A stretch of 63,055 nt of DNA, counting the filler, from Octopus bimaculoides (Eukaryota): the NCBI RefSeq assembly GCF_001194135.2. It is 6 parts of 5 records of this genome, joined end to end, with 100 filler letters (N's around TTAATTAATTAA, not from the genome) between each part and the next. Parts side by side here need not be neighbours in the genome. Positions count along the whole stretch, not along the records: positions 28,583 to 58,620 come from NC_069006.1; positions 58,721 to 63,055 come from NC_068989.1; 4 more parts are not named here. One strand, 5' to 3'. The position numbers were made by a program, and so were the translations under genes. Under the pieces are notes generated by a model, which was given only the letters and a program-made list of their open reading frames with translations, ran no database searches and was not told the origin of the DNA. Shown here one piece after another: positions 48,539-61,067 of this stretch (the first letter of the stretch is position 1; each line of letters begins with the position of its first letter).

Positions 48539-50089
48539 ATTTAACGTGTCTTTCACTTTCAAGATAATAGAGGGTGTTATTTGGGAATTATTTGGTTGCT
48601 ATTTCTAGCATATAGAACTACCATATNNNNNNNNNNNNNNNNNNNNNNNNNNNNNNNNNNNNNNNNNNNNNNNNNNNNNNNNNNNNNNNNNNNNNNNNNN
48701 NNNNNNNNNNNNNNNNNNNNNNNNNNNNNNNNNNNNNNNNNNNNNNNNNNNNNNNNNNNNNNNNNNNNNNNNNNNNNNNNNNNNNNNNNNNNNNNNNNNN
48801 NNNNNNNNNNNNNNNNNNNNNNNNNNNNNNNNNNNNNNNNNNNNNNNNNNNNNNNNNNNNNNNNNNNNNNNNNNNNNNNNNNNNNNNNNNNNNNNNNNNN
48901 NNNNNNNNNNNNNNNNNNNNNNNNNNNNNNNNNNNNNNNNNNNNNNNNNNNNNNNNNNNNNNNNNNNNNNNNNNNNNNNNNNNNNNNNNNNNNNNNNNNN
49001 NNNNNNNNNNNNNNNNNNNNNNNNNNNNNNNNNNNNNNNNNNNNNNNNNNNNNNNNNNNNNNNNNNNNNNNNNNNNNNNNNNNNNNNNNNNNNNNNNNNN
49101 NNNNNNNNNNNNNNNNNNNNNNNNNNNNNNNNNNNNNNNNNNNNNNNNNNNNNNNNNNNNNNNNNNNNNNNNNNNNNNNNNNNNNNNNNNNNNNNNNNNN
49201 NNNNNNNNNNNNNNNNNNNNNNNNNNNNNNNNNNNNNNNNNNNNNNNNNNNNNNNNNNNNNNNNNNNNNNNNNNNNNNNNNNNNNNNNNNNNNNNNNNNN
49301 NNNNNNNNNNNNNNNNNNNNNNNNNNNNNNNNNNNNNNNNNNNNNNNNNNNNNNNNNNNNNNNNNNNNNNNNNNNNNNNNNNNNNNNNNNNNNNNNNNNN
49401 NNNNNNNNNNNNNNNNNNNNNNNNNNNNNNNNNNNNNNNNNNNNNNNNNNNNNNNNNNNNNNNNNNNNNNNNNNNNNNNNNNNNNNNNNNNNNNNNNNNN
49501 NNNNNNNNNNNNNNNNNNNNNNNNNNNNNNNNNNNNNNNNNNNNNNNNNNNNNNNNNNNNNNNNNNNNNNNNNNNNNNNNNNNNNNNNNNNNNNNNNNNN
49601 NNNNNNNNNNNNTGGTGGTGGCGTAGGTCGTGATGTTGTCGGCTGTGGTAATGCTGGATGTAGTTCTATGACCAATGGTGGGGTTGATTATGGGCGTGTT
49701 TTGGGCGTTAATGGTGGGGTTTGTTGCTGGCATTGGTGGTGATGGTAAGGATAATGATGTTGGATCTATTCAATCTCAATCACAGATTTTTAAATTAATT
49801 TTTAAAACTAAATAGTTTGAAACTTCGAATACTGGTAGAATTTCTCACGTAGAATACGGTTTACTCTGAACGTTTTTGACAAAATTTGGTATTTTAGAAG
49901 TTATTTCGTGTTAAAGTTGTCGTGTTTGAGTAATTTCAACCAATAAGCGACGTATATTCGGTTGAAGAAAGCTACTGCTGTTTGCGAGAGGAATCGAAGA
50001 GGAACAGACAACTCTATTTGTGGTGTCGGTGGCAGAGTTGGTGATTTTGATGGTATTATAGTGTTGGTAAGATGGTGATATTGACAAGG

Positions 50090-50370
50090 CCCAATAATGC
50101 TGAAGTGCATCTACCGTTGTGGATGACTGCCGGATCAAAATCAAGCTCTTCATTGCAACTGTCGAATCAGTACTATTATATGGCCGTGAAACATGAACTC
50201 TGACAAAGAAATTATCAAACGATGCGACACAAGGATGCTATGAATAGCCCTAAATGTAAAATGGCAGCAACGTATGATAAATGAATGCCTTTATGGAGAC
50301 TTGCCGAATGTTAACAAGAAGATCAGGCAAAGACGGCTGCGACTCTCTGGTCGCTGCGTACTCCACCCTC
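50090..50370 (+). pseudogene. RTE-clade LINE remnant (post-RT region)
   Basis: IKLFIATVESVLLYG...TRML...LYGDLPNVNKKIRQRRLRLSG. Confidence 0.8.
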
Positions 50371-50374
50371 ATCG

Positions 50375-50508
50375 AACCCAGTACCCAACAGGTACTTATT
50401 TTATTGACCGTCGACCTCGACGGAATTTGAACTCAGAACATAAAGACAGACGAAATATGTTAAGCATTTTGTCCGGCGTGCTAACGATTCTGCCAGCTTG
50501 CTGCCTTA
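50375..50508 (-). mobile_element. SINE family B with internal deletion
   Basis: ggaatttgaactcagaac...ctaacgattctgccagcttgctgcctt. Confidence 0.8.
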
Positions 50509-51059
50509 ATTAGATGTATAATAATGATTAACTAAAACTACAATAATCTAGGACTGTTATAACTACCGCTTCTAAAAGAAAAAAAAAAGGGGGTCAGAAC
50601 TTCTAAAACGCACCTCGTATATACAGTAATATAGTACAATATCAGTAGCGAAACCCATTTCAAGTAGGACACTGCAAAATATATGGAAACCACTCAAGCA
50701 TTCGACCTTGCTACATACTCGACCGAAGGCACTGAGATATGAAGAAGCCAAGATGGTGAAATTGAGGTTACTGTTTGTCGACTAGATTGCAGCAGATAAA
50801 AGGAAAATCTCGAGGATGTTCAAAGGTTATCGTGATCTTGTGAGTCATAAAGGTCACACAGTTGTTGTTGTTGTTGTTGTTGTTGTTGTTGCTAATGTTC
50901 TTGAAGTTGTTGTGACTCTTGTTCTTCTGACAAAAGGTTAATGTTTTAAGTAGCTCCTCACATTTGTCATCTTTAACAATGTACGCATTTGTATATATCA
51001 GCACACGTAGAAATGTTAGCATGCACATATTCGTCTGCAAGCTCATGTATGTATGTATG

Positions 51060-51093
<34 letters not shown>

Positions 51094-51112
51094 TGTATGT
51101 ATGTATGTATGT

Positions 51113-51478
51113 CTTTTATCTTTTGCTTGTTTCAGCTATTAGACTGTGGCCATGCTGGGGTTCCGCCTTAAATAATTTTAACCAAAATGAATCGATCCCA
51201 GCACTTATTTCTACCGCATACTATCATCGAACCGCTAGGTTACGGGGACCTAAACACATAAACACTCCAGCACCTGTTGTCAAGCGGTGACGGGGGACAT
51301 AGACAGGAAGAGAAGACCCCCCACACCATATATATATCTATATATATATATATATATATATACTACGGGCTTCTTCCAGTTTCCGCTTACCAAATCCACT
51401 CAGAAGGTTTTGGTCAGCTCGAAGTGGCATGTGGTTGAGTAGCAAATTTTCTTACAACACAGCCACTCCTGCGCCTAC
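51113..51478 (-). mobile_element. SINE family A with internal deletions
   Basis: Tail, middle microsatellite and head segments in order. Confidence 0.75.
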
Positions 51479-53133
51479 CCTGTGTGTGTGTGTGTGTGTG
51501 TGTGAGGGTGTGAGGGTGTGAGGTGTGAGGGTGTGAGGTGTGAGGGTGTAAACAAAAACGAGCTAAGAGAAATAGTTCAGAGTGACCAATGGTACCTTAC
51601 AGCATATTTACCAAATGGCAATCAAGACGCTCCACTTGAGAAGGGGAGACAATCCCAAGATTCAAGAATTTCCCCAAAGTTGATATACTATTAAGGAAAA
51701 GGACAATTTTATTCTTTAGAAATTAACAGAAAGATGTGGGCGCTTGTTTCTCATTAAATAGATGCCATCAGTACGACAATCGTCCTAATTGATCTCCAGT
51801 GACCGAGTGATTGAGACATACAAAAATGGAAAGAACATATTTATAGCCTAATTTGTATAGTTTAAACACAAATGAGTAATTTTTCTGTTTGGCTGCCATT
51901 TTTCAATTTCTTTAATTTTTGTTCCAATTGATTTCATATTTGGTGTTTTGATATAGTTTTGTTTGATATTCATTGATATTAAATTCATTTTCGCAACAAA
52001 TCAATAAAGAGCTTTTAAAGTTTACAAATTTTGAGTAATATTAGCCAATCAAAAGCCACAGACTTTTGCCTGTTTCCATAGTAGCAAGCCAAGCTGTTAT
52101 CAAGCTGTTTACCCCTCTGTTGTAGTCCTGTCAATCCATCTGGTCATTTTTCGCTTATTAAATACTTAAAACACGTGGTATAATGTGTTCTTGAGATGTG
52201 CTAAAAATAACAACTAAATAGGCCTTAAATCACGCAGCAAAAAAAAAAAAATGTTTGTTTTTACATAATCGTATGAATTCCTGTGTGTAGAATACAAATT
52301 CGCAAAAATTTCCTGAAAATTCCCCTAAATAAACAAAGTTCTCAGGGGTCATATGGCGTGTGCAAAGCAGAATTATGCCAATATTGTTTACAGTTGACAA
52401 TACGTGTTGTCAGGCACAAACTGTTTTCTGACTGGGTAAAAATGATCAACGTTTAAACCGCTATANNNNNNNNNNNNNNNNNNNNNNNNNNNNNNNNNNN
52501 NNNNNNNNNNNNNNNNNNNNNNNNNNNNNNNNNNNNNNNNNNNNNNNNNNNNNNNNNNNNNNNNNNNNNNNNNNNNNNNNNNNNNNNNNNNNNNNNNNNN
52601 NNNNNNNNNNNNNNNNNNNNNNNNNNNNNNNNNNNNNNNNNNNNNNNNNNNNNNNNNNNNNNNNNNNNNNNNNNNNNNNNNNNNNNNNNNNNNNNNNNNN
52701 NNNNNNNNNNNNNNNNNNNNNNNNNNNNNNNNNNNNNNNNNNNNNNNNNNNNNNNNNNNNNNNNNNNNNNNNNNNNNNNNNNNNNNNNNNNNNNNNNNNN
52801 NNNNNNNNNNNNNNNNNNNNNNNNNNNNNNNNNNNNNNNNNNNNNNNNNNNNNNNNNNNNNNNNNNNNNNNNNNNNNNNNNNNNNNNNNNNNNNNNNNNN
52901 NNNNNNNNNNNNNNNNNNNNNNNNNNNNNNNNNNNNNNNNNNNNNNNNNNNNNNNNNNNNNNNNNNNNNNNNNNNNNNNNNNNNNNNNNNNNNNNNNNNN
53001 NNNNNNNNNNNNNNNNNNNNNNNNNNNNNNNNNNNNNNNNNNNNNNNNNNNNNNNNNNNNNNNNNNNNNNNNNNNNNNNNNNNNNNNNNNNNNNNNNNNN
53101 NNNNNNNNNNNNNNNNNNNNNNNNNNNNNNNNN

Positions 53134-53164
<31 letters not shown>

Positions 53165-53560
53165 CTTTTATCTCTTTTATCTTCTTCTTTCAGATATTAG
53201 ATTGTAGCCATGCTGGGGCATCGCCTAGAAAGAATGTTTAGTCGAATGGATCGACCACAATACTTGCTTTTTTTTTTTTCAAGTCTTATATTTATTCTGT
53301 CGGTCTCTTTGCCGAACGGATACGTTTACGGGGGCGTAAACATACCAACACCGGTTGTCAAGCGGTAGTGGGAGAGAAACAGATACATACAAAAGCACAC
53401 ACATATATACGACGGGCTTCTTTCAGTTTCCATCTACGAAATTCACTCGCAAGGGTTTGGTCAGTCCGAAGCTATAAGTAGAAGACACTTGTCCAATGCA
53501 GTGGGACTGAACCCAGAACCATGTGGTGGTTGGAAAGCAAGCTTCTAACCACACAGCCAC
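53165..53560 (-). mobile_element. SINE family A, near full length
   Basis: agccatgctgggg...ccggttgtcaagcgg...gcagtgggactgaacccagaaccatgtgg. Confidence 0.85.
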
Positions 53561-53610
53561 ATATACATACCTGTCTATACGGACTCTCTATCTCCCTCTT
53601 TCTCTCTGTA

Positions 53611-53645
<35 letters not shown>

Positions 53646-53838
53646 CACACTCACTCACACACATACACACAGGCGAAATGTGTTGAATGCCACTTTCTGT
53701 CGTCGTTTGTCATTCGTACACATATCAACATAAGTACAAAAAAAAACACGCACATAAATTTATTAAATCTCAGTAGCGAGTCTAACACACACACGGCACA
53801 CGATACTTTTTTTTTGCACGTCCCTTTATATTTTCTAG

Positions 53839-53918
53839 TGCAAATGTACGCCAACAAGGACAATTTGTTTTCCCGCCTTCCGGCAGCTAATCATTGGCGC
53901 CTGTCTTATCTTCCGTTG
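53839..53918 (+). CDS. Candidate exon (xQMYANKDNLFSRLPAANHWRLSYLPL, phase 1-0; a second frame is also open)
   Basis: ccctttatattttctAG acceptor, ttg/GTATGT donor. Confidence 0.3.
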
Positions 53919-53991
53919 GTATGTTCTATACGTTATATGATATTCTGGGTCAAGTAAGAACAGCTATACAAATCTCTCGGTTGTTTTGTAG

Positions 53992-54068
53992 GTCGTCGTC
54001 TCTGTATCTGTCTTCGTTGTCCTCGTCCTCGTAGTTGTTTGTTTGCGGGTTGATTTATCACCACGTTG
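53992..54068 (+). CDS. Candidate exon (VVVSVSVFVVLVLVVVCLRVDLSPR), phase 0-2
   Basis: ttgttttgtAG acceptor 73 bp after the previous donor, GTATGC donor; may just be a decayed (GTC)n repeat. Confidence 0.18.
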
Positions 54069-55044
54069 GTATGCAACACTGCCGGATCATTACTAAAGCG
54101 ATCTTCTTCAACTTGCTTTTATTGCCTCTTGTTCTGACCTACTGTTTGCCTCCTCCCCCTCCCCTTCCCCTTCCCTCCCCCTCTCTCTCTCTTTCACTGT
54201 CACAGCTATGGAAATAGCGAAGACACACACACACATATAAAGTGGTGCTCCAGCGTGGCCGCAGTCAAATGACTGAAACGTATAAAAGAATAAATATACA
54301 CATTTTTTAACTCCGTTTTTTCTTTCNNNNNNNNNNNNNNNNNNNNNNNNNNNNNNNNNNNNNNNNNNNNNNNNNNNNNNNNNNNNNNNNNNNNNNNNNN
54401 NNNNNNNNNNNNNNNNNNNNNNNNNNNNNNNNNNNNNNNNNNNNNNNNNNNNNNNNNNNNNNNNNNNNNNNNNNNNNNNNNNNNNNNNNNNNNNNNNNNN
54501 NNNNNNNNNNNNNNNNNNNNNNNNNNNNNNNNNNNNNNNNNNNNNNNNNNNNNNNNNNNNNNNNNNNNNNNNNNNNNNNNNNNNNNNNNNNNNNNNNNNN
54601 NNNNNNNNNNNNNNNNNNNNNNNNNNNNNNNNNNNNNNNNNNNNNNNNNNNNNNNNNNNNNNNNNNNNNNNNNNNNNNNNNNNNNNNNNNNNNNNNNNNN
54701 NNNNNNNNNNNNNNNNNNNNNNNNNNNNNNNNNNNNNNNNNNNNNNNNNNNNNNNNNNNNNNNNNNNNNNNNNNNNNNNNNNNNNNNNNNNNNNNNNNNN
54801 NNNNNNNNNNNNNNNNNNNNNNNNNNNNNNNNNNNNNNNNNNNNNNNNNNNNNNNNNNNNNNNNNNNNNNNNNNNNNNNNNNNNNNNNNNNNNNNNNNNN
54901 NNNNNNNNNNNNNNNNNNNNNNNNNNNNNNNNNNNNNNNNNNNNNNNNNNNNNNNNNNNNNNNNNNNNNNNNNNNNNNNNNNNNNNNNNNNNNNNNNNNN
55001 NNNNNNNNNNNNNNNNNNNNNNNNNNNNNNNNNNNNNNNNATAT

Positions 55045-55230
55045 CTTTCTTGTATTTATTCCAGCCATGCTGGAGCACTGCTTTGAAGGATTTTTTTAGT
55101 CGAATGAATCGATCCCAGTGTTTTTTTTTTAAAGTCTGGGTACTTATTCTCTCGGTATCTTTCGCGGAACCGCTATATTACGGGGACGTAAACACACCTT
55201 CACTGGTTATCAAGCTGTAGTAGGGGAACA
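55045..55230 (-). mobile_element. SINE family A, 3' half
   Basis: ccagccatgctggagcactg...gaaccgcta...acggggacgtaaacac. Confidence 0.75.
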
Positions 55231-55329
55231 AACACACACACACACACACACACATATAAAGTGGTGCTCCAGCGTGGCCGCAGTCAAATGACTGAAACGT
55301 ATAAAAGAATAAATATACACATTTTTTAA

Positions 55330-55485
55330 CTCCGTTTTTTCTTTCCCTCTCCATTTTTTTCCTCTTTATATCTTTCTGTCGAAGGACGTAGGTTCGAAAC
55401 GTCAAAGACTTTTCCATTGTTCCCGAGTCAAACTAATACACCTGTTTGTTGTTCCTTCACATGTCTTCGTATTTTGTTTTCTTTG
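55330..55485 (+). mobile_element. Family H1 hammerhead-bearing element
   Basis: cttt CTGTCGA a ggacgtaggttc GAAA cgt c aaag at 55372-55407, then actaatacacctgtttgttg as in other H1 copies. Confidence 0.75.
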
Positions 55486-55624
55486 CTTGCCAACCACATG
55501 GTTCTGGGTTCATTCCCACTGCGTGGCACCTTGGGCAAGTGTCTTCTACTATAGCCTCGGGCCGACCAAAGCCTTGTGAGTAGATTTGGTAGACGGAAAC
55601 TGAAAGAAGCCTGTCGTATATATG

Positions 55625-55655
<31 letters not shown>

Positions 55656-55826
55656 ATATGTTTGTGTGACTGTGTTGGTCCCCCCAACATCGCTTGACAA
55701 CCGATGCTGGTGTGTTTACGTCCCCGTAACTTAGCGGTTCAGCAAAAGAGACCGATAGAATAAGTACTAGGCTTACAAAGAATAAGTCCTAGGGTCGATT
55801 TGCTCAACTAAAGGCGGTGCTCCAGC
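55485..55826 (+). mobile_element. SINE family A lacking its first ~35 bp
   Basis: Head, CORE-like part, (TA/TG)n and 3' half in order. Confidence 0.9.
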
Positions 55827-56109
55827 NNNNNNNNNNNNNNNNNNNNNNNNNNNNNNNNNNNNNNNNNNNNNNNNNNNNNNNNNNNNNNNNNNNNNNNNNN
55901 NNNNNNNNNNNNNNNNNNNNNNNNNNNNNNNNNNNNNNNNNNNNNNNNNNNNNTTATGTTTTATTTAGTGTGTGTTTCTACCGAAACACTTTCAAACTTC
56001 GTATACTTGTTTATTTTGTGTTATAGAACAGATAAAAAATTTTGTATCAGAAAGATCCCACCTACAATAGTCGCGATGTATGTGTGTGTCTGGATATGCA
56101 TCAAATTTA

Positions 56110-56326
56110 TATACGACGGGTTTCTTTCAGTTTCCAACCAAGTCTTTGGTCAGAACGAGTCTACAGTAGAAAACACTTGACCAATATGTCACACTGTGAG
56201 ACTGAACCCGGGACGATGGAGTTGGAAAGCAAGCTTCTTTATTTCATAAATATTTGCCATAAAGGCATTACAAAATGGGACGAACAAGAACAGACAAACA
56301 TTACCACGCAGCCACTCCTACGCCCA
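56110..56326 (-). mobile_element. Diverged SINE family A 5' half with a ~60-bp insertion
   Basis: gactgaacccggg...aagcaagcttc-[insert]-accacgcagccactcctacgcc. Confidence 0.7.
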
Positions 56327-56515
56327 TTATTCTTAAGCAAGAATATTATTCTTAGTGACAGCTAAGCCATCATCGGATTGGTTGAAAGTTCCAAAGTACT
56401 GTGAATTAATATTCTTTTTTAAGAATAATAAATTTGTACTCTACAAAAGTATAGAGTAACCCATCAGATTAATATAAATGTGTTATTATTATAAACTGAA
56501 TATAAAACCAAACAT

Positions 56516-56552
<37 letters not shown>

Positions 56553-57042
56553 GGATGGATGGATGGATAGATAGATAGATAGATAGATAGAAGGATATCA
56601 CACATTGCTAGCATCACCCTCCACCACCACCAGCAACAAGAGGGTGAAAAGGGGAGGGAGTTGAGCTAACATGACGATTTTACACGATTTTACAACAAAA
56701 ACAAAAAAAAGAAAATTATTGTAACCTCGACATGACCTTTCAAGAAAGAAAGGTCAATGACTACATTTATGGTGTGCCCTGATCATGGATACTTGACTTG
56801 AAGTTTGACCTTTGTACTGAGCGGGAGCGGGAAAAAGCTACTGAATGAGGTCAGAGACGAGAGACTCTTACGGCAGTGCGCGCGCGAATGTATGTGTGTG
56901 TGTGTGTGTGTGTGTCTGTGTGTGTGTGCGCGGTATCCATGTTTATATGTGTGTTGTATCAATGTATGTGCTGTGTATATGTGTGTGACAGTGCATGGAA
57001 TATGGATGCGTGCTGTGTTCATGTGTGTTTGTATGTGTGTAT

Positions 57043-57075
<33 letters not shown>

Positions 57076-57489
57076 NNNNNNNNNNNNNNNNNNNNNNNNN
57101 NNNNNNNNNNNNNNNNNNNNNNNNNNNNNNNNNNNNNNNNNNNNNNNNNNNNNNNNNNNNNNNNNNNNNNNNNNNNNNNNNNNNNNNNNNNNNNNNNNNN
57201 NNNNNNNNNNNNNNNNNNNNNNNNNNNNNNNNNNNNNNNNNNNNNNNNNNNNNNNNNNNNNNNNNNNNNNNNNNNNNNNNNNNNNNNNNNNNNNNNNNNN
57301 NNNNNNNNNNNNNNNNNNNNNNNNNNNNNNNNNNNNNNNNNNNNNNNNNNNNNNNNNNNNNNNNNNNNNNNNNNNNNNNNNNNNNNNNNNNNNNNNNNNN
57401 NNNNNNNNNNNNNNNNNNNNNNNNNNNNNNNNNNNNNNNNNNNNNNNNNNNAGTATAACATCTATAAAACTTCTGACACCCGGAAATGC

Positions 57490-57792
57490 AGTCTCGGCGG
57501 AATTTGAACTCAGAACATAAAGACAGACGAAATACCGCTAAGCATTTCGCCCGGCGTGCTAACGTTTCTTATTTCTTTACTGCCCACAAAGGGCTACACA
57601 CAGAGGGACAGACAAGCAGCTCAAGTCGATTATATCGACTCCAGTGCGTAACTGGTACTTATTTAATCGACCTCCCGAAAGGATGAAAGGCAAAGTCGAC
57701 CTAGGCGGAATTTGAACTCAGAACGTAGACAGACGAAATACTGCTAAGCATTTCGCCCGGCGGGCTAACGTTTCTGCCCGCTAGCCGCCTTG
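57490..57792 (-). mobile_element. Two tandem SINE family B copies
   Basis: cggcggaatttgaactcagaac occurs twice (~57495 and ~57705). Confidence 0.85.
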
Positions 57793-58287
57793 CCAATAAT
57801 AAAATAATAATAACACACGTACAAGTTCATTTCCAATTCATTATTTTTAGTCAATTGGTTAAATATCGAACTAATCGATTGTTTAAAGTGCTGGTTAAAC
57901 AATCAATCGGTTTTCGCACTTTTCATTGACTTCACGTTCCAAGGTCTGCTCTGAGCCTGCTTGAGATTTGGTCTCCTGTCTGTTTTTACACCTTTTTACC
58001 ATAAGCGAGAAAATTCTCTCCACGGTAACTGCAGTAAATTCACCTTTAAAAGTTGAAATATTTCACAAACATATTTTAACTAACCTAAAGTTCGCTTATG
58101 CCTAAAACACTGCTTGGCGCTGATACTAATGAATTTCTTCCGATCTGGTGGTATAATGGCGCAACTCAGTCAATGGTGTTGACTGTGTTTTACTTAAAGC
58201 TACCACTTTCATTAAAACTGCCCTCGGAGTTGCCTCTCTTCATACATACATACATACATACATACACACACACATACAGATACATAA

Positions 58288-58595
58288 GGACCGTCTTAAA
58301 GCATTGAGACTCTATTCTCTCCAGCTGTGAGCGATATATCATTTGCACGATGTGGAGAATATACCACTAGCATTTCTCAAACAACCTCAACATTAGCTTC
58401 AAAATTCATCCAAGGCTAAGACCACGGGCCGTACGTCCGTTACCCAATACAGGATCACAACATATAAATACACTGCAACACAATTTCTTTTCCTCCAATG
58501 GGCCCTACCCTATTTAACATTGTCCCAAAACAGATCAAAGAGGAAAAGGATCACGTTACTTTTAATTGAAATCTGGACAAATTTCTTCAAAGCTA
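58288..58595 (+). pseudogene. CR1-like LINE ORF2 3' remnant
   Basis: DRLKALRLYSLQ...ERYII...LFNIVPKQIK...NLDKFL. Confidence 0.75.
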
Positions 58596-59304
58596 ATTTG
58601 ATATCAGCGGCATTTGAATTNNNNNNNNNNNNNNNNNNNNNNNNNNNNNNNNNNNNNNNNNNNNTTAATTAATTAANNNNNNNNNNNNNNNNNNNNNNNN
58701 NNNNNNNNNNNNNNNNNNNNCTATTAAGACCTAAATTGTTCTCAACATGAAATATAGCAGCATACCAAAACGTGAGCGGGCAAGACATTTAAAATCACCT
58801 AAAAAAGCATTATTAAACAGGTACCGGTTTCGGATTTAACAAATCTTACCGATTGTCCATTCCTCTTCAGCCTGATTTGTAATGTAACCGCAATCATCAT
58901 TACGAAAAGTAAATTCTTGTATTCACATGCTGATAGATGACCTACGTTGGACCCCTTATTCGCATAATCACCGAACCTAGAGCTTAACTGTGGTCTATCC
59001 ATAGCACTTACTCAGCATTACCTGAAACCTCTGGGTCTAACTGACACCACTATCGCTCATAACCTATATATATGTAAGATATGTAGTATATATTCATCCA
59101 TCGAGCTTGAACACATGCTTGAGGGAGACAAAGTGAGAGAAAGCGCCATACATACATAAATACATACATACATACATACATACATGGATGTATACTTACA
59201 AGGATGTATACGTAGATGCATACATGCATACATACATGCTGACAGAGAGAAAGAGTGAGAGACGAGGAGACTGAGAAATAGGGATGGAGAAAGAGAGGGG
59301 AGTA

Positions 59305-59400
59305 GGAGAGTGAGAGTGAGAAGGAGAGTGAGAGTGAGAAGGAGAGTGAGAGTGAGAAGTAGAGTGAGAGTGAGAAGGAGAGTGAGAGTGAGAAGGAGAG
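59305..59400. repeat. 18-bp minisatellite x5
   Basis: ggagagtgagagtgagaa unit. Confidence 0.9.
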
Positions 59401-59538
59401 AGCGAAGAAGAGCAGCTTGATAGGGAACGAGAATGGAATGGTTAGTTGGTGTGTTGATAAGAGCACCAGAGAAGAAAGAAATAGAAAAGGAGAGAAAGGG
59501 AGACAGAGGTAGACAGATAATCTGATAGAGAGAGAGAG

Positions 59539-59581
<43 letters not shown>

Positions 59582-59728
59582 TAGTGAGGCAGACAGATAG
59601 ACCGATAGGGAGTCTAGATTGATGCAAAGAAGTATATGAGAGAGGGAGAGAGTGTGATAGTGATTAAAAATTGAAGTAGCTGAAGTGTTTATCAGAGCAA
59701 CAGAGAGCGATTGATAGATGGATGGATG

Positions 59729-59768
<40 letters not shown>

Positions 59769-59812
59769 TATAGATAGATAGATAGATAGATAGGTAGTAG
59801 ATAGATAGGTAG

Positions 59813-59870
<58 letters not shown>

Positions 59871-60339
59871 TACAAACTTACAGAGAGAAAAAGAGAGAGA
59901 AAAAGAGGACGAAAGACGATATCATAGTCAAATGTTGTTACAGGTGAAGAAAAGAGATTTTCAACCAACGACAAGAATAAGAAAGACGACAGGCTTCAAC
60001 AAACTTGAATCTATTTTAACTTGCTTTTTTGTACCTTACGTCATTTATTACTTGATTTATTTTCAGTTTAATTCATCGTAAATTTATTTATTTAATCATT
60101 CATTTATTTCTTGAAATAATTATTAATATTTTTTTCAAATGCTAATCTGTTTCCTTTTCAAAATTTACGGATTATCCGTTCTTCATCACAAGACACGTGT
60201 TTCGTTGATTTGATTCTATTGCGCAAATAACAAAACGCGGCTATTTTTAGAGGGAAACGGTGACATTGAGAAGTCTTACAAACGATTAAAATTAACACCA
60301 AGAACATAACCAACGACAACAACAACAACAATAATCCTT

Positions 60340-60686
60340 TCTAATATAGGCACAATGCCTGAAATTTTAGGGAAGTGGGCTAGTCGATTACATTGAACCA
60401 CTACTCAACTGGTATTTATTTTATCTTCCACGAAAGGTGAAACGAAGAGTCAAATTTCGGAAGATTTGAACTCGTAACGTAGAAATGGACTAACGAAATG
60501 CCGCGAAGCATTTTGTCCGGCATACTATCGATTCTGCCAGCTCACCGCCTTGATGCATTCTTTTAGTCTTTTACTTGTTTCAGTCATTTGACAGCGACCA
60601 TACTGTGGCACCAATTTAAATGGTTTTAGTGGAAGAAATTAACACCAGAACTCATTCTTTGTAAGCTTAGTACTTATTCTATCGGT

Positions 60687-60690
<4 letters not shown>
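60340..60690 (-). mobile_element. SINE family B (60340-60552) plus a family A 3' fragment (60565-60690)
   Basis: gatttgaactcg...ctgccagctcaccgcctt, then ttttacttgtttcagtcatttgac. Confidence 0.75.
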
Positions 60691-60723
<33 letters not shown>

Positions 60724-61067
60724 NNNNNNNNNNNNNNNNNNNNNNNNNNNNNNNNNNNNNNNNNNNNNNNNNNNNNNNNNNNNNNNNNNNNNNNNNNNNN
60801 NNNNNNNNNNNNNNNNNNNNNNNNNNNNNNNNNNNNNNNNNNNNNNNNNNNNNNNNNNNNNNNNNNNNNNNNNNNNNNNNNNNNNNNNNNNNNNNNNNNN
60901 NNNNNNNNNNNNNNNNNNNNNNNNNNNNNNNNNNNNNNNNNNNNNNNNNNNNNNNNNNNNNNNNNNNNNNNNNNNNNNNNNNNNNNNNNNNNNNNNNNNN
61001 NNNNNNNNNNNNNNNNNNNNNNNNNNNNNNNNNNNNNNNNNNNNNTATATATATATATAGATATATA

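Noticed and set aside
54223-55345. ~104-bp exact duplication (54223-54326 and 55242-55345)
   Set aside because: One copy ends exactly at a gap; likely misassembly or an allelic haplotype rather than a real duplication.
58845-58915. Minus-strand peptide EFTFRNDDCGYITNQAEEEWTI before a GTAAGA donor (faintly MAM-like)
   Set aside because: No credible acceptor, an upstream in-frame stop, and a competing plus-strand candidate over the same bases.
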